NCBI GenBank assembly: GCA_002721825.1
Contig: PBLS01000043.1
Span: forward strand, 43,360-107,359
Reading direction: 5' to 3'
DNA length: 64,000 nucleotides
DNA from: Magnetovibrio sp.
GTDB lineage: Bacteria > Pseudomonadota > Alphaproteobacteria > Rhodospirillales > Casp-alpha2
The position numbers were made by a program, and so were the translations under genes. Positions 1-9,000 of the stretch are shown piece after piece. A model generated the notes under the pieces. The model did no database searches, was not told the DNA's origin, and worked only from the letters and a program-made list of their open reading frames with translations. Position 1 is the first letter of the stretch. Every line of letters starts with the position of its first letter.

Positions 1-91
1 ACACTAGGGTTTCATTTACCGCTGCACAAACATCAGGAATACTATCAATTAATGTCCCATCAAGGTCAAAGACGATAGCTTTACGGGTCAT
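1..91 (-). CDS. HAD-superfamily hydrolase, N-terminal fragment (gene continues past the window start)
   Basis: The reverse complement of 1-91 reads ATG then MTRKAIVFDLDGTLIDSIPDVCAAVNETLV. DLDGT is HAD motif I. The ATG (91..89) overlaps the stop of the upstream gene by 11 nt. It is too short to appear in the ORF track. Confidence 0.6.
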   Translation of the reverse strand, partial: MTRKAIVFDLDGTLIDSIPDVCAAVNETLV

Positions 92-992
92 ATTTAAGTA
101 CAAACATATTATGATACGCGCCATAGTGGGGTATTAACGGGCCGAGGATTTCTGGGATAGCGAGAAGACGCAGTATGGTAGAGCGCTGTAGCTCTTTGTG
201 AGGGGAAGCAAACTCTAAACTAATTTGTTTAAGTCCTGTTTGGTATGTGAGCAAGTTTTGAAATTCTGAGAGTCGTCTGCGATATCCAGCAAAATTACGA
301 AATACGTAGTGCGGTTTTCCTGTGATTAGTCTACGTTTAATTGCATTTAAGGGGCGTTCCCAACGGCAGATAATTTCGTCAATGAACCAAGTTAAAAATG
401 TATCTTTAGAGCGAAAAGTGACCAGTAAGCATCCACCCGGTCTCAGCAGGCGCGTCATGTTTCTTATGGCGATTTCAGCTGCGTCGTTAGTTAGCCAGTA
501 AAAAAGGCTGGCAACAAATACGTTGTCAAAGGCACCAATTAAATCACTGTATTGGTCCTCAAAATTATTGGTCGTGATATCGAGATTTCGTGTATTTACC
601 TCCGGAAACAAACGCCGCGTGACGGAGAGTGGAGCATCGAGAATATCGGTAATAAGAATATCTTGGCCATCTAGGACTAGATGGACCTCGTATTCACCAT
701 TTCCAGCACCAATACTAACGGTTTTTTCACCAGGTGATAGGTTTTGTCGTAGGAAATCAATCGTCACAATACTAGAATCGGAAGTTCGACCGTGGCTTAA
801 AAATTGGTTGCGATCTAAATCTGCCAAAGTATCAATATAATGATCTACTGTGTTATGGATGGTCTTCCCATGAAATGATTTGTCATCGGTGACGATATAC
901 TTGTACCAAGTACGCAACGAACTAGCCTTCGCTGCGTAACGTACCAAATGGTTCGGTTTTTGGCATTGGTCGGTCATGATTGTTGCCGCCAT
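81..992 (-). CDS. class I SAM-dependent methyltransferase
   Basis: ORF 81..1118. Its first ~40 codons overlap the upstream radical SAM gene, so the ATG at 992 (or 977) is preferred. It has a GxGxG-like motif I (VSIGAGNGEYE) and a downstream LRPGGCLLV motif. Confidence 0.8.
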   Translation of the reverse strand: MAATIMTDQCQKPNHLVRYAAKASSLRTWYKYIVTDDKSFHGKTIHNTVDHYIDTLADLDRNQFLSHGRTSDSSIVTIDFLRQNLSPGEKTVSIGAGNGEYEVHLVLDGQDILITDILDAPLSVTRRLFPEVNTRNLDITTNNFEDQYSDLIGAFDNVFVASLFYWLTNDAAEIAIRNMTRLLRPGGCLLVTFRSKDTFLTWFIDEIICRWERPLNAIKRRLITGKPHYVFRNFAGYRRRLSEFQNLLTYQTGLKQISLEFASPHKELQRSTILRLLAIPEILGPLIPHYGAYHNMFVLKYDP

Positions 993-2076
993 AGCGGATA
1001 AAATTTCGAAATGAACGCAAAAAAGCGCCATGTCGTTTCGGCGAGCCAAGGCATTTGGCACAACCTTCACAGTGAATCCTGCCTCCCTTATGGAGATTCT
1101 CGATGATAGGACGACCATCAGCGAGAATTTTACGTAATGGGTCCTTTTTTATATTTCCGATGGCAGTGAAGCCTTCATAGTCGTAACAGCATATGGTTAC
1201 ATCACCATTTGCTAGTACTGCTAAGTTTGAATTGTTACAGCGGCCGTATTTTATAGGAAAATAATCACGGATACGGCGCCCGTTGATGAATTGCTTATAG
1301 GCGATGACAATCGTATCGGTCAATTGATAAGCAAGATCAAATGCACCGCGCCACTCCTCGTTTGATGCTTTTATGTTCCGGTCATGTTGATCCTCATCAT
1401 AAGTGAAGTTTTCCGAGCGGCCCTCTATCATTTTGAGAAAATGTGCTAAAACCGGTTTCAAGGTGATAGGAGAGCTATCAAATATTGTCGGATCGCCATG
1501 GTCGCGCATGCCAGCAAATACGGAAAGCTTTTGCTTCCAGTCATAAATTTTTTGTTGAGTTGCAAGATCGCACTGGACTTCAGCTATACCGTGTGGACGG
1601 TCAATCAGTGCAGCTATGCAATCTGCGATGCCGGCTAAATAGGTTTCAAACTTACCTTTGTATCCGCGAACATCATTGTGATGCTCTTCAGATATGTACT
1701 GAGCAGAAATCCTAAGCATAGTGGGCGAATGTTTTAGTAACTTGTCAATATTACGTTTTGTTAACGTGGCACCATTAGTGACCAACAATGTTCTCAAGCC
1801 CCGCTGATGGGCTAAATCGATGCACTCCCAAATGTGTGGATACATCATAGGTTCGTTAAATTGATGAAAGGTTACTAAATCGACAGTGCCGTCAGCTGCA
1901 ATTTGATCAAGTATATTTTTAACATCTGATAGATATAAGGAAGCATCGGGGGCCTCTCGGATAGGCAGAGGACAAAAGGTGCAGGCCATGTTACAAAGGT
2001 TATCAAGCTCGATCCCGACGATGGAAAAGCCCATGTCACTCAAACGTGGTAAACTCACGTCAACGACTTCGTTCAT
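922..2076 (-). CDS. radical SAM protein with Cys-rich SPASM-like C-terminal domain
   Basis: CxxxCxxC motif (CNMACTFC). C-terminal cysteine cluster (ICCYDYEG ... IHCEGCAKC). The ATG at 2076 forms a TAATG overlap with the upstream stop and has GGGAAA upstream. The track start at 2091 is TTG. Confidence 0.85.
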   Translation of the reverse strand: MNEVVDVSLPRLSDMGFSIVGIELDNLCNMACTFCPLPIREAPDASLYLSDVKNILDQIAADGTVDLVTFHQFNEPMMYPHIWECIDLAHQRGLRTLLVTNGATLTKRNIDKLLKHSPTMLRISAQYISEEHHNDVRGYKGKFETYLAGIADCIAALIDRPHGIAEVQCDLATQQKIYDWKQKLSVFAGMRDHGDPTIFDSSPITLKPVLAHFLKMIEGRSENFTYDEDQHDRNIKASNEEWRGAFDLAYQLTDTIVIAYKQFINGRRIRDYFPIKYGRCNNSNLAVLANGDVTICCYDYEGFTAIGNIKKDPLRKILADGRPIIENLHKGGRIHCEGCAKCLGSPKRHGAFLRSFRNFIRYGGNNHDRPMPKTEPFGTLRSEG

Positions 2077-2840
2077 TAATAAGTTTCCCAAATTGGATCA
2101 TTCTTAAGCGCATCTTCGACCAATTTCACGTCTTCTATACTGTCTACTGAAAAATAGGGGGCTGGTTTTATAAGCGCCATACGCTGTTTAAAACCATTAT
2201 CGCAAATCCTATTAGAGTCACATGCTTCTGCTATCTCCAAGGGGCTCTCAGGCTGGCTTGTGAACCATTTTAGAAATTTCCAGCGAAACCCAAAAATACC
2301 ACCAACTCGCTTTGCGCCTAATTCAGGCGAAAATGATTTGCTGTACGGAATGGGGCTGCGAGAAGTGTATAGAATATCGTTATTCTTGTCGTGGGCAATT
2401 TTAACGATGTCCGGATTTAGATATAGCGATTCGTCGGTTATTGGCACTGCTAGCATTGTACCAGGGACCTTATCATCTTGTTCAAAGGGCGCAACCACGG
2501 CCTCGATCATGTCGGGGGTCATTAAAGGTTCATCGCCTTGTACACAGACCACGATATCATTGTCCGCTAGGCTAATACCACATTTCTCTGCTGCTTCTGC
2601 AACTCTGTCGAGAGCACGGGTGTGAGTATTTGCTGTCATAATTACCGGGAACTTTTTTTCTTCTCCAAACACACGAATTTCTTCGTCGCAGGTCGCCAGG
2701 AAGTACCCATCCCACCGATTGTAAAGTTGCCCACGTAAAAAACAATGCTCTATAAGCGGCCGGCCAGCGATAGGATGAAGGGGTTTGCCCGGAAACCGGC
2801 TAGCGGCCATTCGCGCAGGAACAATTCCAATTATTTTCAT
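2076..2840 (-). CDS. KdsB-family cytidylyltransferase (CMP-octulosonate/ulosonate synthetase paralog)
   Basis: IVPARMAASRFPGKPL, VCVQGDEP, and YTSRSPIP ... SPLEIAE ... VDSIEDV line up along the whole length with the E. coli KdsB pattern as I recall it. Confidence 0.8.
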   Translation of the reverse strand: MKIIGIVPARMAASRFPGKPLHPIAGRPLIEHCFLRGQLYNRWDGYFLATCDEEIRVFGEEKKFPVIMTANTHTRALDRVAEAAEKCGISLADNDIVVCVQGDEPLMTPDMIEAVVAPFEQDDKVPGTMLAVPITDESLYLNPDIVKIAHDKNNDILYTSRSPIPYSKSFSPELGAKRVGGIFGFRWKFLKWFTSQPESPLEIAEACDSNRICDNGFKQRMALIKPAPYFSVDSIEDVKLVEDALKNDPIWETY

Positions 2841-2924
2841 ATTACTATCCGCAATTTTCTTAAAAGTTTAAATTTTTAATCTATAACTAAATTTGGAAAT
2901 ACAGTTTGTTTAGGTATACCCGCC

Positions 2925-3959
2925 TTAGCAACTCAAGTTCCAACGTGACGCCCACTCGGGATCAGCGCAATATATCCGTGATACTAGTTCCATCGTTTTC
3001 AGGGCATCCTTTGATGACCCATTTTCAATAGCTGTTCCTTCAGTAATAGCGGTGGCGAACTCATCAATTTCATCGGACCAACTGGGATCATGATTGTAAT
3101 GTGTAGTTTGCTCATGAGGTTCACCTTTATCGTCGCTCCCTTTCCAAATTACAGTCATGGTCTCAGTCCCATAGCTTTTTGAGCCGGAAAGAATGCCACT
3201 GAGGATAATGGCACCATTGTTGCACGTTATTTCCAAGTTGAAGCGGTGCCGCCATTGGGTTGCGGTCGAATGGAGCATCGCTACGGCACCGTCGGCGGTG
3301 CGCATAAGGGCATAAGCATTGTCTTCTACTGTATGATTCCAAAAACTATTACTGACAAAAGAGTGGATATCGGTGAATTCACCGGCAAATAGGCGCATTA
3401 GGTCAACCATGTGAATTCCCTGATCTAGCAGAATACCGCCGCCCGCAACATCCCGATCAATCCGCCAGTCGCTGTCTTTTCCGTAGCTGACAAACCGGGA
3501 TTTCCCATAGACGCCACGCAGGTTTACCACTGGACCTAAATCACTATTTTCTAGTAGCTTAAGAGCATCGCGCACGGAGTCGTGGTACCGGTGATTAAAC
3601 CCATATTTAAGAATTAAGTTTGGATGTTTTTTTTCTACACCGATCACTTTGCGAATATCTTCAACGGTTCGGCCTGGTGGCTTTTCACAAAACACGTGTA
3701 AACCGCGCTGGAGCCCAGCGATTGTTACCTCCGGTGCAATGTCATTGGGCAAGCAGACAAAAAGCACATCTATCTCCTCATCGAGTAAGGATTTGTAGTG
3801 AGAATGAGAGTTGACAAATTCATTGTGAGTATCGTTAGTCGTGAGTGTGCGGTCACAGACGGAGACAGTTTTAAAACTAGGATGAAGATCGATGAAATGA
3901 TGGCGCCGTTTACCCACAACCCCATATCCGGCTATCCCAACTTTTAAATTTCTAGTCAT
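2925..3959 (-). CDS. Gfo/Idh/MocA-family NAD(P)-dependent oxidoreductase
   Basis: N-terminal Rossmann motif VGIAGYGVVGKRR and the EKP motif (VFCEKPPG). ATGA overlap with the upstream gene at 3956-3959. Confidence 0.85.
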   Translation of the reverse strand: MTRNLKVGIAGYGVVGKRRHHFIDLHPSFKTVSVCDRTLTTNDTHNEFVNSHSHYKSLLDEEIDVLFVCLPNDIAPEVTIAGLQRGLHVFCEKPPGRTVEDIRKVIGVEKKHPNLILKYGFNHRYHDSVRDALKLLENSDLGPVVNLRGVYGKSRFVSYGKDSDWRIDRDVAGGGILLDQGIHMVDLMRLFAGEFTDIHSFVSNSFWNHTVEDNAYALMRTADGAVAMLHSTATQWRHRFNLEITCNNGAIILSGILSGSKSYGTETMTVIWKGSDDKGEPHEQTTHYNHDPSWSDEIDEFATAITEGTAIENGSSKDALKTMELVSRIYCADPEWASRWNLSC

Positions 3960-5065
3960 GGCTTGGCTGTTTTATAAAGGTTAGAGATAGCCTTATTTTC
4001 GCGGCCAAGGCGAACTGACTGTGCATCATCGGCTACACCTATCCAAGTTCCAGCTTCGTCAGATCTATAGAAACTGTCTAGTAGTTTTAGTGTTGCTAGG
4101 CAATCGCTGCGGGATACGGGATAGGAAGCGCCTCCATTTAAATCCGTTACTATATCGCAATACATTTTTGCGTGGCCATAACCATAGACCGCGCCATGTC
4201 CTTCGATACCTTTAAAGTCTTCCGAGTTTGTAGAACATTCAGCTGGGCTAGGTGTAAAAATTTGTAATTCGTTGACGGCTATGCCGCCAATCTGCGCGAG
4301 ACCGGTTGATCCAACAATTGAGATTGAAGCCTCAAAGTCATCCGGCCGCGCAGCGGTTGTTACTTCCAGTGAACCGATAGCACCGGAGTCGAATTCTAAG
4401 GTAGCCGTTACAGCGTCTTCAGCCTCAATATCCACACCCATTGTTTTCATTATGGCATTGACGCGATTTACCTCGCCGCACAAGTGACGTATTAAATCTA
4501 TGTGATGGATACCCTGATTGGTCAAACATCCGCCATCATGGGAAAATGTACCACGCCAAGCGGCTAAGTCGTAATAGCGTTGCGGCCGGCACCATCGCAA
4601 ACGGACATTTACTAGCCGAATACTGCCCAATTCATCTAAATCTAATGCGTGACGTACGCGCTTGACGGCTTTGTTGTAACGGTTTTGAAATACAGGGAAG
4701 ATATGCATTCCATATTTTTCAGCTAAATCGTAAGCCTTATAAAGCTGATCAGGACGCATAAAAGTTGGTTTTTCGACGATTACGTGTTTGTTGTAATCAT
4801 CTAGTATGTCCATCGCATGCTCCCCGTGCATGCCACTGGGAGTAATAATAGCAACCACATCAATATTAGCCTCTTTAGTAAGCATACTGTGGTAATTAGT
4901 GAAATGTGGCACGTTAAATTGTGTTCCGTAGGCTTCAGCTTTTTCGATATCCAAGTCACAAACTGCTGCTAGAGAGACGTCCGTAGTTGCAGTTAGTGCA
5001 GCACAATGGTGTCCGGCGATTCGGCCACACCCAATCAAAGCGACGCGAATGGTATTAAAGCTCAA
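3956..5065 (-). CDS. Gfo/Idh/MocA-family NAD(P)-dependent oxidoreductase
   Basis: RVALIGCGRIAGHH and VIVEKP motifs. The track ORF starts with TTG at 5110 inside the upstream gene. TTG at 5065 sits 7 nt after AAGGA and just after the upstream TAA, so I prefer it. Confidence 0.8.
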   Translation of the reverse strand: MSFNTIRVALIGCGRIAGHHCAALTATTDVSLAAVCDLDIEKAEAYGTQFNVPHFTNYHSMLTKEANIDVVAIITPSGMHGEHAMDILDDYNKHVIVEKPTFMRPDQLYKAYDLAEKYGMHIFPVFQNRYNKAVKRVRHALDLDELGSIRLVNVRLRWCRPQRYYDLAAWRGTFSHDGGCLTNQGIHHIDLIRHLCGEVNRVNAIMKTMGVDIEAEDAVTATLEFDSGAIGSLEVTTAARPDDFEASISIVGSTGLAQIGGIAVNELQIFTPSPAECSTNSEDFKGIEGHGAVYGYGHAKMYCDIVTDLNGGASYPVSRSDCLATLKLLDSFYRSDEAGTWIGVADDAQSVRLGRENKAISNLYKTAKP

Positions 5066-5075
5066 TGTAAATTCC

Positions 5076-6170
5076 TTATCCGCTTTCAGCAATATTGCGT
5101 GCGATATCAACCACTGGTTGGAAGCGGCTTTTAGTCGTGGTGGTAAAGCGCATATAGGGCTTTAATAAGGCATCGGGAAAAACGCGGAAACGGACTACGT
5201 TCTTTAAGGCTTTTTCCACGGCGGAACGCTTCGCGCCAAAATCAACATGTACAAAATTACATGGGGTATCAAACGCATAAAAACCCAGTTGTAGCATTTG
5301 GTCAACAAACCAACCCTGAGCTGCGCGCAACCGAGCCACAGAGGCAAGCATAGTACCTTCGTGGTCGAGCATCCTCTCCGCCAGTGCCATGGCAACTCCA
5401 TCAGCTTCAATCATTGTACGAACTTTATTTAACATTTCAATAATACTTGGCTGCGCTACAGTATACCCAAGGCGTATGCCAGCCATGCCCCATGCCTTGG
5501 AAAATGTACGTGCAATAACCAAATGTCCGTAGTCCTTCACCCACTCAATAGCACTAGCATCGTGAAAAGGATGATAGGCCTCATCAATTAGAATCAATGC
5601 ACCGCAATCGCCGGCTGCTTCTATCACAGCTTTTAGCTCTTCAGTTGGCAAGGCAAAGCCGACGGGGTTGTCCGGAAACGGCAGGCCTACAAGCTTTGGT
5701 TTTTCTGAGCGTATATTAGCGATAATATCGGAGCCCGCTACATAAGGTCTGCCTTTCCTAACCTCATAATCTACGAAAGCCATGCGTGCACCGAAAATTT
5801 GCGCATAAATGCTATACATCTGATAGGTCGGACGGGATACAAGAACCGTGTCACCGGGCTCTATGTAAGCTTCGTAAACAGTTTTTATCGCACCGTCCGA
5901 ACCCCGGGTTAAGAGAATATGGTCAGGGCTTATTCCTAAGTATTTTGACAGTTTTCGGTAAAGCGGCCCTGGGGTCGGATAGGCGAAGTAGGTGTCGTCT
6001 GGTAAGTCAGAAGCCAGTTTTTTTACCAATGAAATCATTTTGGGATCGAGACATTCACCGCGATCTAACCACAATAGATCTTTAGGGCGTAGTTCCGATT
6101 TATATGAACTGGGGCGCCATAGCGTATCATCCGCGATATGGGAGCGTGGTGCTGGAGGGAGGAATTTCAA
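5076..6170 (-). CDS. class I/II PLP aminotransferase (HisC-like)
   Basis: TFSKAWGMAGIRLGY contains the PLP-lysine signature. The maximal ORF reaches 6275, but TTG at 6170 overlaps the upstream TGA (TTGA) and gives a family-typical length of ~364 aa. The start is uncertain. Confidence 0.75.
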   Translation of the reverse strand: MKFLPPAPRSHIADDTLWRPSSYKSELRPKDLLWLDRGECLDPKMISLVKKLASDLPDDTYFAYPTPGPLYRKLSKYLGISPDHILLTRGSDGAIKTVYEAYIEPGDTVLVSRPTYQMYSIYAQIFGARMAFVDYEVRKGRPYVAGSDIIANIRSEKPKLVGLPFPDNPVGFALPTEELKAVIEAAGDCGALILIDEAYHPFHDASAIEWVKDYGHLVIARTFSKAWGMAGIRLGYTVAQPSIIEMLNKVRTMIEADGVAMALAERMLDHEGTMLASVARLRAAQGWFVDQMLQLGFYAFDTPCNFVHVDFGAKRSAVEKALKNVVRFRVFPDALLKPYMRFTTTTKSRFQPVVDIARNIAESG

Positions 6171-7126
6171 CGTGGGCTCATTTTTAAAATTGCTAACCGG
6201 TGCCAGACCTTTCGACTTTTGCCAAAACGGTAGTGTAAAAATGGTGGTGTTTTGTTTATGTTCCACTGACTCCAATGGGAGACAGAGTCATGTAAAATTT
6301 TATCATTTTTATCCCATGGATATTCCATAAAACGAGTAACGGTTCCGCCTTGTAATTTTTTGTATAGCCTATTGGCGCAATAAAATGCAGTTTGGTCAGA
6401 CTTATTACTACGGAGAATATTGAAATAAGCGTTAATAACGTTGGGTTCCATTTCCATCATGGAGTGAACATTTGTTGCAATGTTAACCGGCATTTCGCGA
6501 ATGATTTCTGCATTATCTGCTTGAACAGCGATGAGCCGGATAGAATCATCACAAAATGCAGCTTTTATTTCATTAGTGGTGGAAGCTAAAGCCACACCAA
6601 TTTTAGGCGAAGATTTCTTAATCTCTGTTAGATCTAAAAGTAGCGACTTTGTGAGGTTGCAGGTAACTATTTTTTTCATATAGCCCGATCGTAGAAACAA
6701 CGAAGTTAATATTCCATACCCGTCACCAATGATTAATCCGCAGCCTTTTTGCTCGGATAAGGGTAAATAATGATCAAGGAGAGAGATGACTAAAACTTGT
6801 CGTAGCATATCATGTGTAAACAAACGGTGATGCATTCTAGCAATTGCATAGCCATTTTGGAGATGTATTGAAAATGAGTTATATCGTAACCCTAATAGCC
6901 GAAAAGGTGACAAAAGGGTCCAATGGGCAATTTGGTGGAACATATCGCGCTTTCGTGATACGGTGCCCATAGAATTTACGCCGTGGATTTCACCGTTCGC
7001 ATCAACAGTGAATTTTTCTGATTCTTCGTCCCAATACGCGGACCGGGAGCGCTCTTCCTCAAAAAGCCCGTTTTGCAGTGAGTTTAATGTATCAGCCCAA
7101 CCAATAATGGGTGAAGTACGGTTCAT
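6167..7126 (-). CDS. putative methyltransferase (sugar O-methyltransferase-like)
   Basis: 319-aa ORF in operon context with a Rossmann-like GLIIGDGYGILTS motif. The family assignment is from recall only. Confidence 0.4.
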   Translation of the reverse strand: MNRTSPIIGWADTLNSLQNGLFEEERSRSAYWDEESEKFTVDANGEIHGVNSMGTVSRKRDMFHQIAHWTLLSPFRLLGLRYNSFSIHLQNGYAIARMHHRLFTHDMLRQVLVISLLDHYLPLSEQKGCGLIIGDGYGILTSLFLRSGYMKKIVTCNLTKSLLLDLTEIKKSSPKIGVALASTTNEIKAAFCDDSIRLIAVQADNAEIIREMPVNIATNVHSMMEMEPNVINAYFNILRSNKSDQTAFYCANRLYKKLQGGTVTRFMEYPWDKNDKILHDSVSHWSQWNINKTPPFLHYRFGKSRKVWHRLAILKMSPR

Positions 7127-7172
7127 AGCGATTCAACGATGAACGCTTTAAATGTTTGAGTAATTAGGTCCA

Positions 7173-8105
7173 TCATTTGTCGAAAGCTAGATTTGGACAT
7201 TTTGGAAGCATTAATAAATTTACCGAAATAATGGGGAGGTCAGGTGTTAAAGGTTCCAGATGCAGGTAAGGTTTGGCTCGTGTGGTCGGATACATGACCA
7301 AGATGTGGTAGTCTGGGAATGTATCTATGTACCAGGCCCAGGATTTTCCAGCTTCGATTAAACGGGTAGTATGTGCCTCAACAAACATCACAGGTCTATA
7401 TGTTTGTATGGTTCTCATGGCTCCTTCCAGTACCATGGTGTCAAATCCCTCAGTATCAATTTTCATGAAATTGACCTTGTCACTTATTCCTATTTTGTTG
7501 ATTATCCCATCTAAACGCCGGACAGGCATACTTTGAGTCTCATAGAAACCTGGATTTTCACCAACGTGCTTATTATTGTCGATGAACGTACTGGTACCTT
7601 GTAGGCCTACTCCGCCGATATTGACCTTCATATCCAAGTTTTCATCTTTAGCACCCAACGCGCAACTAACTATTTTCACATTATTCGCGCCATTTAGCGC
7701 GCAGTTCAAGGAAGCCTGTTGGGCAAATTTCCGAAGTGGCTCAAAAGCGAAGACCCGTCCATTGGATGCCTTCTTACTAAATAAAACGGTGTGGAAACCA
7801 TTGTTTGCTCCAATGTCAAGTACAGTATCGGATTTTTTGACCAACCGATCAAAAAGAAATGAAACATCATCTTCGAATTGATCTGGATCAAATCGTATTA
7901 ATTTTCCTGATGCGGAACCAAGTGAAATGTGATTTTCGAATTCTGAAACGTATAAGTTTCCACCTTGTTCCGTCGTTATGAACTTCATATGCAGTGGATT
8001 TCGCAAACCTAGAAGCTTTTCTCGTTGCCGTAAAAAAGGCCCAAATAATAACAAGATATTACCTAAGAAGCCTTTTGCAACCCACTTCCATATTAGCTTT
8101 TTCAT
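7173..8105 (-). CDS. FkbM-family methyltransferase
   Basis: VLDIGANNGFHTVLFSK, VFAFEP and MKIDTEGFD motifs are typical of the FkbM family. Confidence 0.8.
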   Translation of the reverse strand: MKKLIWKWVAKGFLGNILLLFGPFLRQREKLLGLRNPLHMKFITTEQGGNLYVSEFENHISLGSASGKLIRFDPDQFEDDVSFLFDRLVKKSDTVLDIGANNGFHTVLFSKKASNGRVFAFEPLRKFAQQASLNCALNGANNVKIVSCALGAKDENLDMKVNIGGVGLQGTSTFIDNNKHVGENPGFYETQSMPVRRLDGIINKIGISDKVNFMKIDTEGFDTMVLEGAMRTIQTYRPVMFVEAHTTRLIEAGKSWAWYIDTFPDYHILVMYPTTRAKPYLHLEPLTPDLPIISVNLLMLPKCPNLAFDK

Positions 8106-8138
8106 GACACTTTTCTCATATCTAGTTCGGAATACAGA

Positions 8139-8951
8139 TTAATATTTATAAAATCTTTGTAGTACAGACATGCTTTTATAAATATTTTTCATTGGATCGT
8201 CTGCCTCGAGCATTCGTTGTTCAACTGATACGAACCGATCGTAACGAATGCGCCGAAGCTGAGCACCAAGGAAACGATGGTCGACAAGACCTGATTGGCC
8301 TAACTCAGTAAGTCCAGGTTCATTCGCGTGATAATGAACCAGCTGGTTAGCGCAGTCCTCAAAGACGTCACTCGAAACCTCATTATTCTCGACTAGAGCC
8401 TTAGCGTCGATTTGGATTTTTAATGCTGGGTGATTTATTTGAGTTACTATTGCTTTGGCATCGTAAACAGAATTTATGAAGTCAGTGTCTTTTTTTCCCA
8501 GAGGTTCAAAGCATAAACAGGTACCATGGTCTTCCGTCTTGCGAACATACTCTTCAACAAATGATATAGCTATATTCAACGCATCTTTTTGGTCTAATAT
8601 CCCGCGTTTTCGGCCGCTACCATAAATGAGTGTGTGTCCCCCCAAGTCGCGACAAACACTGGAGAGATGAACAAGAAAGTCAAGAGATTTAGCGCGGACA
8701 TTGGAATTTTTAAACATGCCGAGTAGAGGCTGGTCAAAAAACAAAGAATGTAACCCCACAACTGATAGGCCACAGGCTTCAATCTCATGACGATAAGCAT
8801 CGACCTGCCTAAGGCTCAGCTTTTCCCACGTGTTAGGCCATATTCGGCTAGGAGCAACCTCAAGACCTTCAAACCCAATTTCAGAGAGCATACTGAGCTC
8901 GTAACTATGTTTAAATGCTGGAAGTGCTATGTTTGATATAGAAAGTTTAAT
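8139..8951 (-). CDS. sugar-phosphate isomerase/epimerase (xylose-isomerase-like TIM barrel); probable non-canonical ATT start
   Basis: The track ORF is 8139..8891. The frame stays open upstream to 8993 and encodes IKLSISNIALPAFKHSYELS. This looks like the conserved first beta-strand of the family, and the only start-like codons there are ATT or ATC. Confidence 0.6.
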   Translation of the reverse strand: MKLSISNIALPAFKHSYELSMLSEIGFEGLEVAPSRIWPNTWEKLSLRQVDAYRHEIEACGLSVVGLHSLFFDQPLLGMFKNSNVRAKSLDFLVHLSSVCRDLGGHTLIYGSGRKRGILDQKDALNIAISFVEEYVRKTEDHGTCLCFEPLGKKDTDFINSVYDAKAIVTQINHPALKIQIDAKALVENNEVSSDVFEDCANQLVHYHANEPGLTELGQSGLVDHRFLGAQLRRIRYDRFVSVEQRMLEADDPMKNIYKSMSVLQRFYKY

Positions 8952-9000
8952 CGAAATATTTTCCCGGATTAAGCAAAGGTCTTTTCGGTTCTTCTACTGT

